Shown piece by piece: positions 38,001 to 50,000 of a DNA stretch of 64,000 bases. The notes below the pieces were generated by a model. The model did not search any database and had not been told where the DNA came from. It saw only the letters and a list, made by a program, of their open reading frames with translations. This stretch comes from Gnetum montanum. Lineage: Eukaryota > Plantae > Gnetophyta. Every line of letters starts with the position of its first letter. Position 1 is the stretch's first letter. Position numbers and translations under genes: made by a program. Location of the stretch: contig MNCI01001105.1 in NCBI GenBank assembly GCA_015680685.1, positions 189,486 through 253,485 on the forward strand. The letters are read 5' to 3'.

Positions 38001-39246
38001 CTTTATTAAATAAAACATGGATCATCACAATGAATCCATAAAATGAAATCTATGCTTAATTATTGATTATTCAAAACAATTGATTATTCAAAACAATGTC
38101 TCTATCGAAAGCGGTAAGTAGCACCTTTATTTAAATAAAACATGGATCATCACAATGAATCCATAAAATGAAATCTATGCTTAATTATTGATTATTCAAA
38201 ACAATGCATACACCTTAAATCCGTGAATAAGGTTAATTAGTTATCTTACCCCTTTGTCAATTAAAGTCTCTTCTTTTTAAAGTCTCTTCTTTTCTTAGTA
38301 ACCTGGTTAAATTGTAAAGCAATTTTACTTAATCGTGAAACAATATAGCTAAATAGAAACCAATTTTTCTTAAAATCCAACCTAAATTTGTTTTTTTAAA
38401 AAAATCCATTTTACTTCTATAATTAAAATTACAAAGATTTATAGAATCCAAAGTTGCAAAGTAAAGAAAGGTTTCTACCAAAATTTACATCTTTGCTTTT
38501 ACAGCTCTATATGAATTTCAGTTTTTAAATATAAGCGGCATTGATTGCAACAAAAAAATAAATAAATGAGCTATATTTTAAACAAAATTGATATTTATTT
38601 AAACTAAAATGGTTTCCATTTAAGTGAAATTACCAAATTGCTGTAAAATTTGCCAAAGTAGTAAAACATTTTTACGTTAAAAAAACCACCCACAAACTGA
38701 ACAATTAGCATACTTACATCTTGGCAAGGCCCTGCCGCATGACGCAAGGCTTGGCCAGTGGCCTTGTTAACCAAGCAGAAAGCAGGGTGCCCAACACTGT
38801 CCTTCACACTGTTACTCCATCTCTCATCCCTTACCCATTGCTGCAAAATAATTCACCATCTTACAAAACACTTAACAAACATAAAAACTCCAACTATATC
38901 GCAAAAACTTTGGTAACTACCCAGGCCAAGGATGTGAAATTATGAACCAAAAAATGTAAAAACAAAAAATTAACAAAAAGTAGATGATACCTACTTGAGT
39001 TGGATCATCTGAATTGAAGTAGACCATCCGGACACAGCCATCCCTGATGCCAAGAGAGAAATCAGGATTGGCCTTGGAGTAAATCCTTACTGTCTGGCCC
39101 TGAGCAGGGGATAGGCCAATGTGTGACTGGTAATCCATTCCTTGACATGAATGCTTCTGTGGGTAACATGATGAATTCATCATCTGAGGCTGATCACAGC
39201 CACTTTCCTCATAGTAACCATATCCATATGCGCTGCCCTGCATCAT
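37767..39246 (-). CDS. EUL: Euonymus-related ricin B-like lectin (EUL / OSR40 family, single domain, EULS3/R40G3-like); 3 exons, 202 aa
   Basis: Join of 39246-38995, 38840-38718 and 38000-37767 with phase-0 GT-AG introns. Family motifs present: TVRIYSKANPDFSL, DPTQQW, VKDSVGHPAFCLVNKATGQALRH, LWSMSEDMGYGYRTLR, NLDAYQGD, GT..MWNW, NQLWKI. First ATG at 39246 with an in-frame TGA at 39256-39258. Orthology not established. Confidence 0.93.
37973..38205. repeat. ~108-bp near-identical duplication spanning the intron 2 / exon 3 junction, with a 17-bp sub-duplication between the copies
   Basis: 37973-38080 versus 38097-38205 differ by 3 substitutions and 1 indel; TGATTATTCAAAACAAT is repeated at 38081-38097. 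Confidence 0.95.
38718..38840 (-). CDS. EUL: EUL lectin exon 2 (41 codons)
   Basis: Acceptor TTTTGCAG, then QWVRDERW...AAGPCQD, then donor GTAAGT. Confidence 0.93.
38995..39246 (-). CDS. EUL: EUL lectin exon 1 (84 codons: low-complexity N-terminus plus start of the EUL domain)
   Basis: MMQGSAYGY...FNSDDPTQ followed by donor GTAGGT at 38994. Confidence 0.9.
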
Positions 39247-39330
39247 TCTCCTCACTCACAAAAATATGCCTAAGAAGCTCTGATGTTTTCTCCGGTGCTT
39301 TGTGATATGTTTGGAAATGAAGGTGTGGTC

Positions 39331-39338
39331 TATATTTA
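39331..39338 (-). promoter_or_regulatory. TATA-like box (TAAATATA) of the lectin gene
   Basis: Lies about 85 nt upstream of the ATG on the coding strand. Confidence 0.55.
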
Positions 39339-39470
39339 GAGCAAAATGAGCGCAGATGAGACGTAAAGTTTATTGGAATCTGTGAAGGCAGTTATTCTTG
39401 CTGATCTATTAGGCCGGGGAGAATGGCAATGAGTGGAGCGGGTCTCTGATTCTTATTCTTTGCCGCTGGA

Positions 39471-39608
39471 GCCGACGCAAATTAACGGATATGGACAAGG
39501 AAATGAATCCTAACGCAGCCGACGAATGCCATGTATTTCACCTCAAAATTAACCACTTTATTTAATTTGGATATATGTTTATTCCCTCCGCTATCTTTCC
39601 ACGTGGAA
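39471..39608. promoter_or_regulatory. ABA/dehydration cis-element cluster: two DRE/CRT cores and a G-box/ABRE
   Basis: GCCGAC at 39471-39476 and 39518-39523; 12-bp palindrome TTCCACGTGGAA at 39597-39608. EUL/OSR40 genes are known to respond to ABA and osmotic stress. Confidence 0.6.
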
Positions 39609-40191
39609 GGGTATATTACGGTGCATTTCATCTTCTGTATAGGTTTTGTTTGGAACTCGGCATCTTCACGGAAGCATAAACATTTATTCTTAACCAGTGG
39701 GTCTGGTCTGGTTGTACATGTAACGTTAATGCGAACTGGCGATGGCGATTATGGTAGGGTGACTGGTTGTTCCAGTTCCGCTCACGAATACCATGGTGGG
39801 TCCCTTGGCTCTGCTGGTCCTCCCTAAAAGTTGTACTTATACCATAGCAACCGTAAATGTGTAACCTAAACTAGATAACTAGACATATGGTGATTTACCA
39901 TTAGATATGCAGTGATTTACCTCCTCATAGGTATCCTTTGTATAAATCCTTATTCGGATGACACTCGCATGTTATTGATAGTTATTTTATTCTGACAAAC
40001 AAATATTTGTTTTCAACTCATTAAACTATTTCTATTTTTCATAAGCCTACACATTAATTATGTAATTGTAGGATAGATAGATAGCCACTATAATTTTAGG
40101 ATGAAGAAATAGCTTCCTTTGACTCACCTCATCTCTATTAGCCAATATATAAAGCATATCATAATTGGGTTAAAAATAAAAATAAAGTAAT

Positions 40192-40320
40192 AAAAGATTT
40201 TTGCACCACCAACTTGACATAAGAGTGCATAAGATTGCATGTTACGACATGGCTTGTTTTGCTTTTGTTGCATGGTTTGTTTCCAATATTAATAATGAAA
40301 ACAAAACTAAAACTAAAATT
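40192..40320 (+). repeat. ~120-bp dispersed repeat, copy 2
   Basis: Aligns with 34192-34310. Confidence 0.65.
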
Positions 40321-40324
40321 TTGC

Positions 40325-42665
40325 TAAGCAACATAGAAAAGACTTTTCTAGAGTTGCTTGAGATATTTATACAAGGAGCAAAAACAATGGAGGATTTGGC
40401 TTTGTTAATTATTATAACCAAGTTGTTTTATTATTAATGGCAATGATGCTTGGATAATCCTAAGAAATAGACTTATGCAAGAAAAATTGAAAAATGATAA
40501 TAGTTGGTCTTTCAATAACTTTCTTCACTACCCTCTTTTTTTTTCAGGCCATTATATATTCTTGGTTCTCTAATTCTTAAACAAATTTGAAAAACATGGT
40601 GAAAGCTTCGTAAATATTGGAATTACAATCGTATTATAGTTTTAGAAGCCCAAGATGGCTTCCTTTTAGTGAATGAGCTTGGGCTATTAATTCATCTAGA
40701 TTATGTATCAATTAGAGGAAATCTGGTATCACTACAGTTTCTTATTTACATATGCGTGATAAATGGATTACATGAATGGAAGATTCTAGCCTTTATGGTT
40801 TGAATAGAAAGAGGAAAAGGATTTTGAAAATTTAATTTCTAATCTTGATAATTTTTTGAAAATTGACAATAGCTTGCATCATGTTTTCTTAGATATTTCT
40901 TAGAATGATGACAAATTACTTTTTCCCTTTTAATTCCAAAGCTACTTATAAGATTATTACAAAGAATGATTTTATTTTTAACAAATTTAGCAAGGTATGG
41001 AAAACACAATTTTCTTTACAATATTGGATGATGAAAATGAAAGATAATTAGATGGCCCCTATCTTTCTTAAAATTTATATTTTTTTATTATGTCCTATTT
41101 ATCAAAGTATTCTTGTCGACACTCATCTTAAACATAAGCAAATTGTTTCTCTTCAATGTCCTCTTTATGGAACTAAAGATTTATATTCTCATGTTTTTTA
41201 AAAGTGTCATATTAGTTGGCATGCTTAAAAATGAACATCCAAAATTTGTAACAATTTTTAACCAAGCATCAATGAAGTCACTATTGGTGTTCAACCTACT
41301 TTGTCTACATTCTATTTTGTTTTCAAAAGTACCTTTGACAACTTGTTTTCTCGTCTATTTGAAAGCTTTAGTGTACAACTATTTTTGAGTGATAAGAGTA
41401 TAACTATGACCTCTCTTTAAATGTTAGATATTAAATTATAAAATATGTCACTTTTTAGCTACAACTTTAAGCAAATAATCTCCAAGTAAAGCTAAATAAT
41501 TAGTTTATTTTCTACAATATTATTGTTTTGAAGGCTTAAGGATAGAAAGGTTTTAGCTTCTATTATAATTTGTTCATTATTTCTTATTGATACATTCTTT
41601 TGTCTTTAGAAAGAGTTTTTTCATTCTCATTGATGTGTTATTTCTAATTTTCATTTGTGTTTGAGTAAAAAGGAACAATAATTAGAACATTGCTTGGGGA
41701 TTATGTGGGTGTGCAACATTATTCAAAGTTTCTAACTAGCAATACTAGACTCAGACTCTGCGAGTGACTCTTGATAGAATAAACTCAAGTGACTCTCAAC
41801 AGAATAAACTCGAACTTAGCGAGTTAATTGAAAAACTACTTAATAATGCAAACAACTTGTTGAAATTTTAATTTTCACTTCCTTGACCTTTTCAAAATAT
41901 ATAGATTTGTAACCTAGCTCATGAGTCGTGAGTTACTTCAAGGCAAAAGAAACTCAAGTCTATTTGTGAGTAGGCAAGTCTCACAATAGGGTTGCTAACT
42001 TTTGACATGGCAAATATCCAAAACTCGATTCAGTTTCTATTTGTATTTTTCTTTTCTATGAAAAAAATTGATATCTTGCTCTCCAAAAGAAGGAAGAAGA
42101 ATTGGTGCTCTAACATGCATAAGAGTTCATGGATTGAAATCTTTGTAAAAGAACTAATTTTATGTTATAAAACTTCTTTTGGTGAAAAATGAAATGAGCT
42201 AATTTCATTGGGATGAGTAGCAAAAGTATTGAATCTGATAAGGCATGGGTCATGTGACAAGAATGAGTTTCTATACTCATAAAATGCCCATTAAGAAACA
42301 TTGGTCATTTCTTGAATTCCTGGTCTATAGTTGGAAAATGATTTTTCACCCATATCCTAATGAAAGGAAAGAGCATAGGCTTTTAATGAAATTTGTAAAG
42401 AAAAAATATCCATGAATGGGATTGGAAAAGAGTTTCAATGAATTTCTATTTTCATGTACTAGATGCTATGATTACTCTAGTATTTTTCGAAATGTTTTGA
42501 ATATTCTAATCCTAGCCTAAGGATTATTTACTAGTGATGACTCTTATCATGTGGTCCAATAACAGGAACAATTTCATGCCAATGTAATAGAAGATGAGGC
42601 TCTTTCATGGGTAATAAATAATGTTAGAATACATATACTGGAGAATCATTGCATTGAAAGTTAGA
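40325..42665 (+). mobile_element. Decayed L1-type LINE ORF2 C-terminal fragment, interrupted at about 41060-42000
   Basis: RVA*DIYTRSKNNGGFGFVN (cf. VAW...PK..GGLG) at about 40350; GNDAWIILRNRL at about 40440; IMWSNNRNNF at about 42545. Confidence 0.5.
41723..41990. mobile_element. Possible MITE / hAT-like derivative with decayed ACTCG/CGAGT repeats
   Basis: Clustered GACTC, AACTCG, CGAGT and TGAGT motifs, plus a short tandem AGTGACTCT..AGAATAAACTC; TIRs unclear. Confidence 0.35.
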
Positions 42666-43668
42666 AAAGCATCACATGGTAGAACTACTACTTGCACCAT
42701 TCTTTTTTTAAGGTGAATAACCTAATGTGGATCTTCTAACCAATAGAATTTTTGTTGAGGTATTTATAGTACTTGTTACATGCCTTCTTGTTAAACATTT
42801 TTTATAAGAAATGATCCTTCTTTTTAAATGTTTTTAATAAGTAATGAAACCAACGTGAGATAGGGTACTAATCATTTAGAATGACAAGAGTATGAAAAGA
42901 AAGTATAAAAATTCTAGGTTGTAAAACTGTTGCAATGTATCTTTATTATTGTGCAAGCAAAAATGTCAAATGCTAAGAATTGCAAAAGCTGAAGCTCACA
43001 AGGCACTTCACTCTCTACTCAAGGAAGAAAATTCTCCCTTTAGAGTTTTAAAAGAAAGATGTTATCTATGGAGCTATCCCTTTTTGATTTTTTTGTACTC
43101 AAATAGATCACCCATTTCGATAGAAACTTATTAACTTGACTAGGAATTTTTTCTCTCCATCTTTAAAGTAAAACATATGTTGATAACCATATTTAAGAGT
43201 ATGGAAATATGTAAATCTAGATTTATTTTCCAAAGCCATAATAATTCAAGGATCAAATCAGCTTGTAGGTGAGTGGAAAAGTTCTATCCCGTTGAGAACA
43301 TTAATGGCTGAAACAAAACTATTGATGCATAAATTTTGGATGCACCAACACCTAGGAAAAGAAACTTGTTTAAGGAGACTACTACTTGGGATGCCTTCTA
43401 TATGGGTACGGAAACCTGGGAATAGTCTCAACTAGAGAGAGCTATGTGATGTTCTAAAAAAAGTAAATTAAATTGAAAAGTTGAAAGAATTTAAATTGGA
43501 TACTATCTTGAACATATAGTAACCAATAAATTTTAAATTTTTCCTTGGTCTTCTGCTACTGCTACCAAGCCATTGCTATCAGTGGTGCCCACTACTAGGT
43601 AGGAAGATCCCAACTATCATTAGAGAGGAAGACTTATTGCATAGTCCTATCATCCCATGAAGTGGGGA

Positions 43669-43692
43669 AGAGAGAGAGAGAGAGAGAGAGAG
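43669..43692. repeat. (AG)12 microsatellite
   Basis: Read directly from the sequence. Confidence 0.95.
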
Positions 43693-44877
43693 ACCCCTAA
43701 TATCCACCACTTGCTTGCTAGTAGAGCCTATCGTCAATTTCCATGCTATCGGTGGGGAAGGGAGGGGAGAGAGAGAAATGTTGTTGCAATTCCATCAACC
43801 ATTCATGCTACTGCTACTATTGACTATCAAACAAACTGTTGTTGATTACCATATGAGCTATTACAAGTGTAGCTATCATTGTTGGTGTCAGTTGGTATCT
43901 ACGTGAGTTGTTTGTTGGCATTTGTGTGGAGAACTTGCTTCATGTTGCTTGTGGAAGAGCCTACAAAATGTTGTCACCAACCACCATTCACACAACTCTA
44001 TCATTGCTGACTATCACATGAGCCATGCATTAGACATCTGAGGCCATTGCTCTACCACACACATTATCTGTTGCATGCTGCCATTGCAGTTCGTGCCTCT
44101 ATCTCACCGTTTGTGCACCTATTTCATTGCTACCAGCTCTTGCTAATGGATACTTGATGCACAATAACTGCAACTAACCACCACCTATCACTTGTCATTT
44201 GTGTTAGCCACTAATCACAACCACTTATTGCTACCACCATGCATCAACTATGCTGTGTCTACCTTCTAGCACATGCTTGTCATTGACAGGAACCCTGCGT
44301 CACCACTACTGTTGACACCCATGCTTGTTACTGATCTACCACTATGTATTGTTTAGAGCCATTTCTCCAAACACTTGCACCTGCCATTGCTATTCCCTAT
44401 CATGCATTTTCTAGTGACCACCCATTGACTACTACCTGAGAGGCTCCTCTTTTGCTTATTGGGAGAGGGGTGACTAATGACCCTAGTTCCTCTTGGGGAA
44501 GGGTTGACCCAATAGATGATCTACCTACCACCACCCAATGCCCATCAATGTTCCCATTGCTGCTAAGAGTGAGAGGGAAAGGTTAAAAATGATCTGTTCC
44601 TGCTACTGTTCCTTCATTTTTATAGCTATTTCTATCACCATGTGCACGATTGCACCATTCACCCACTTTGAATGCCCATCACCCAGGATGTCATGTAACT
44701 CCTACCATGATTGCTAGTATGTTGGTTATTGCAACCAAGTTCCATGTAATTTATGCCCATCACTCTCCATCATGACTACCACCACTTTCATGACCAACAT
44801 AACTCCTACCACCTCACCATATTCTCCACCACTTGGAGCTATTATGTAACTCCTGTAACACTTGGCCGTCACCATGG

Positions 44878-47030
44878 ATGGATTATACTAGGCCCACTAA
44901 GACACCTATCATGCATGAGATTTACATTTCTGGTCTACAAAATGGATCGAAATTTTGCAAAGTGAAGGTGGTAGGAACACATTCCAACTGCAACCTTATG
45001 TTTAATAAGTTTTTCTTCTGGAGTGAATCTGTGATATAAACTTAAATTAGGAGCATGTGCCTTTTGTGGATCATTGATGTTTTCAAATTTCAGGCAAGTT
45101 TCATGGGATTAGGGAATCTCAAGGTACATCACATGTGTTAGATTTAGAGGAATAGCAATTCAATTCATATCTAACTTTTGCATTAACATATGTGTTTCTT
45201 TAGTGAAAAACAAAAATTCTTAGATTTTAATAGCTCTACTAGAAGGCCAAGAGAATGTACATGTAATCTGCCATAAGAGAAGCCTATTAGTAAAGATAGT
45301 AGACTTGTAGGATGTTTAGTTTTCATGGTGTTCAAACTAAACATGGCACCATGCTTAGCATGTGTGATGTTGGCAACAATACTTAGCCCCCAAACTTCAA
45401 TTTCATACAAGCGCAAAAATAGCAAAACCATTAAAATCTTAAAAGGAAATGCAGAAGACAGAGGACTAAAAAGGTCATAAAACACAGATAAATTAAACTT
45501 GAAAGAAAACTATATTGATCTAAACATGATTAAAATAACCATATAATGAAAAGAAAACTAGACATGGGCCATCCTTACCACACCATCTTATTTAATTAAA
45601 CTCAAAATATATACTCTTTATAAATCATAATTTTAACTAGATAGATACATATAAATATAATTTAAAGCATATAACTAAGATAACTAGATTGAGAATTTGA
45701 AGATCTAAAAGAATGGATAGATTAATCAATATTTATATCAAGTACATGATTTGATGAATTTCATTAGATGAATCAATTAAGATCTTTATAACATTGAAGT
45801 GATTTAGAATATCATAAGAAATCTCAACCTTAATTAAAAAATGAAGATACTACCTATGAAGAAGATGAGAAACTTTGATATATTAAAGTTTGATGAACTT
45901 GAAAGTGCTCTCATGGGCTATTAGATGATAATAGTGGAAGAGGGCATGTTGAAGAATTACTCCATTGCATTAGCATCATGTTTTAACCAAGCATTCAAAA
46001 AGAAAGAGAAAATGTGATAAATATAGGTACCCTTGTACATTGATGGAGATGGCATTGATGATAGTGATCTTATTCTATTTAGCAAAAAAGTCAATAGAAT
46101 AATTACCAATTTATGTCAAGGAGTAAGAAGAAATACCAAGATGAAGATCATCAAGAGGTAAGCTCATAGGTAAGGGTTATAAAAATTAACCTTTTTCCCC
46201 TACATTTGAAATATTATTTGTTTGATTTGCTATGGATGTGGGCATCTTATTTTGGAATATTCTAGTAGTAAAAGATTACAAGATGAGGCTAAGATATAAG
46301 AGAAGGAAAAATACTTGGTAAGAAAATAAAATAATGTTGAACTAAGATAAGTGGAGTTAAAAGATGGTGATATCTCTAACTCTCATCTTTCTTGCATGAC
46401 AATTATCAACCTCACTACATCACATAAAGCTGAGGAAGAAGGTCAAAGTAGTAATAAATAATATAAATCATTGAAGAAAGTTATGAATGTATTAAAAAAA
46501 ATTAGATTAAATTACATAATTTTTTTTTAAGTTTAAGAGCAAGCTACATCAATATGAGTTATAGTTTAAGCATAAGATAAACCCATGTCTAAATCTAATA
46601 ACTAAATACATGATCCTTAAGGTTAAGATTTATGAACTAAGTATTTTAAATGAGTCAATGAAATTGAAAGAATAAGAGGAGAATGAGTTCAAGAAAAAAA
46701 CATTATAAATCACTTCCCCTTTATAGAGAATTCTTTTCTCAAGAAGAGAAATGAAGAACTACATCAAAAGATAGAGAAAGAAAAATAAGTTGCCAAAATA
46801 TTTACTATAGGAAAAGATTTCCTAGATCAATTTCTTTACCAATTCAAAATTCGAAATAACAAGATTGATCTTGGTCACAGACCCACTATGTCAATCTACT
46901 TTAATAAAATGAAACTAAGGACAGTTTTTGAAGACAAGTATTATCATTTCTATACTTCTACATTTTTTAGATTTATAATATGTTATTAATTTTGATTACG
47001 CTAGTCACATAAGAACTTATTATTCAACTA
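44878..47030 (+). pseudogene. Highly decayed Ty1/copia (SIRE-like) gag
   Basis: FWSTK..ILQSEG (about 44925); EFEDLK..QVHDLMNFIR..LKFDELESALMGY (UBN2-like, about 45690-45925); knuckle CLICYGCGHLILEY (46219-46260); GKDFLDQFL..NKIDLG (about 46810-46875). Confidence 0.7.
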
Positions 47031-50000
47031 AAAACACAATAATTCAAGATTCTTCTTACTTGGTTGATCAATAGAGATGGGGTAGAAATATCTTATAGAG
47101 TCACATAGTGAAAATATGGGTACAGAAGAAAAGATCTTAAAATTAATCCCAATAAGATAAGTCATATGGAGCAAGAGGCTTTTAATCTTACTCTTAAAAG
47201 ATAAGACAAGGAGGGAATCACATGTCCAGAAAGTATGAAAGGAGGAAACAGGTAGTCATACAAATTGGAAGGATAAGACCAGATATGAACCAACCTATCC
47301 AACATTACTTGCACACCATCTTATGATTGGGATCATTCCCAACTAGGTAAGTTTAAGTAAATTTCTTTCATATCTAGTAGGTTAGGATAGTTAAGATATT
47401 TTTGTTCTTTTTGTTATTTCTTTATGTCCTTGTAGCTACATCAAGAATATTTTTTGATGTATGTAAACTCCAACATATGTCCCAAATGTTTGAAATTATT
47501 TTAGGCTGGATGTTCATCTTTCATCAGGGATGTCCACCCTAGAACACAATTCCTCTTAGATGGGACATAGACACTTATATGAAGCATCCTAGACAAGGTG
47601 CTAGGAACATCTACTTTTAATCATGAATTTCCTAACTATGTAAGATAAAAATAAACCTTATGATACTCCCTCTAGGGCATAAGCATAAATGTATTATACA
47701 TTCTTAAATCCCTTATTTGCACTCATGATTGTAATGTCCATCATAGAGAAAGTGGAGATAAAGGAACTAGGATACCAATGAGAAGAGATCATGGATAGAA
47801 TTAAGAAGAGCATCAAGATATTGTAGTTTAATAAATATATGAAAATAAATATAGTAATAGAAGAGGGATTTTCTTCATAGCAAGAGCAAGAAAATATAAA
47901 ACATTGTTTGGATCTAAGGTAGGAAGGGAAAATTCATGCTATTGCAAAAATAAATTATTATTAGTAACTTTTTGGAAATGTTGATTTTGTATTAAAAATA
48001 AAAGTTGTTAGAGCTAATGTAACCATAAATGCATCCATTTTATCTTTATTATTTATAGTAAAAGATGGGAGGTATGATCTCTTACTCCCATAGTAAGCCA
48101 TTATGATCTAGTGTTTGCTCACTAGAGTCAAATTACATTCTTATGTTTATACTTGGTTGACTAGATACTTATGTTTATACCTTAATGGATTATTGGTGCA
48201 TCTTGCTATTAGAGGTAGATATATTTTTATGCTCTTAGGAAACTTTAATTATGGGTATAGTTAATAATGAAGTCACGACTAAATGCTTATCCCAAGCTTA
48301 ATAGTTTCGTCATGCTCTTATATCATAACATTTATTTGTAAGATTTATTTTCAACCCTTTTTGTATTACTATTATCTATAAATTATAGTACATTATGAAT
48401 ATGTGTGTTCTAACTTATTACAACTAGACTTATGTACTTCACTAAGTTCTTCATGAACTTAACTTCATGTTAACATTTGTACTTCATTAAGTCATTTTTT
48501 ACTTAATTACAGTATGGTGACAAATTAAATCTTATAAATCTCTCTTTTTTATTCTATTATAACCTTTCATAAGACCTTATTTCCTTATTAAAAAAAATCG
48601 AGTAGATTATGAGTGATATAATCTGAATCTTCACTTCTTCTTTAAGAAACTAGATGCTATGTTATAATGATCTACTCATTGTTTCTTGCAACCCACACTC
48701 ATCAATCCTATGAATATAATTAATTGCTTCTTGTTCTTCTGAGTATATCATTTGGAAATACTAGGATTCTTTTTTCATATAAATGATATTAATGACCTAT
48801 TCTCTTTAGTGCAAATTGTTATTTCATATATCTATATCTATATATCTTTGTAACTTATATTACATTTTTATTTTATCTTCTATTAGGTTTGTGAAGGTTT
48901 TAAGGATGCATCATGTCATACATTGTCATGTAATGAATTTCTTATGAATTTGTTTTTTTTTTTTTTTGCAACTACCTATGAAACTTATGGTTGTACTTAA
49001 GTTTCATTATGGGATCAACACTTGCAAGAGCATCATAGTTGTTCTTAAGATTGTAAGATTTTTGGAATTGCTACAGGATACCATGCTTAGAGATTTGTTG
49101 ATTATCATGCAAGGAGTATGTAGTATTTTATGATCTACCAATATGGTATCCTATATCATTATTATTCAATTTCCACATTATAAAGTGGTAATCTTTATTC
49201 TAGGTCAAAGTGAGTTTGTTTTATTTATGTATTTTAGTTTAATTATTTTCAAAATTTTTAGGTTTAACTTTTATTTGGAACTCATTTAATCTCCATTTTA
49301 AGCTCAACAATCCACACAACTCACTAAAGAACAATGGAGAAAATTTCAAAAATTAGGAATAACTAAATATATTTTAGAAAGTATGATAAAAGATTAAGTG
49401 ATTTTGCCTCAAATCATTAAGCAAATTGTAGACAAGAAAAATTTTGATAATTTATGCATAGGAAAGACTAAAATGAAGTAGTCTTCATATTGGATGATGA
49501 CACAATTAGAATTATCCTTAAGAAAAATCTTATGCAAATATTTCAATAAAATATTAAGGTTGACAATAATATTAAGAAGTATTTATGAATTCAAAATATT
49601 ATCCAAAATAAAATTAGGAGAAGTAGATCAAAAATAGAAAATGTAAAAATCCTTTTTGTAGTATGGCCCACATATTAATTCCTACAAATGTTCAAGAAAT
49701 AAGTTAGAAGAGATTTTTTTAGCTCACTAAAGAGAATCCATAAGATTTGGCATTTAGATACTAAATACCCATGAACAAAGGAGGTAGTAAAGAGAATCAA
49801 ACTCTTGAAGAAGATCTACAAATAACTGAAAAGGTTAAACCATTTTATTCATATAGCATTTTGATCTCCTTTATTATAAAGAAATTGAAATTTATAGTAC
49901 ATGAATAAAAATAGTTATAAGTGCCTATGAAATTTAGAGAGAATTTTACCATAAGAAATTTACAAAATGAAGAGAGGAATAAAAAAAAATTTCTTCAAAT

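Noticed and set aside
38917-39255. ORF-track start at 39255 and read-through ends of the lectin ORFs
   Set aside because: 39255 is a GTG and the first ATG is at 39246; the C-terminal tails are intron read-through.
39531-39827. Divergent 98-aa gene upstream of the lectin
   Set aside because: No recognisable domain or splice support; it overlaps the GC-richer promoter, where chance ORFs are more likely.
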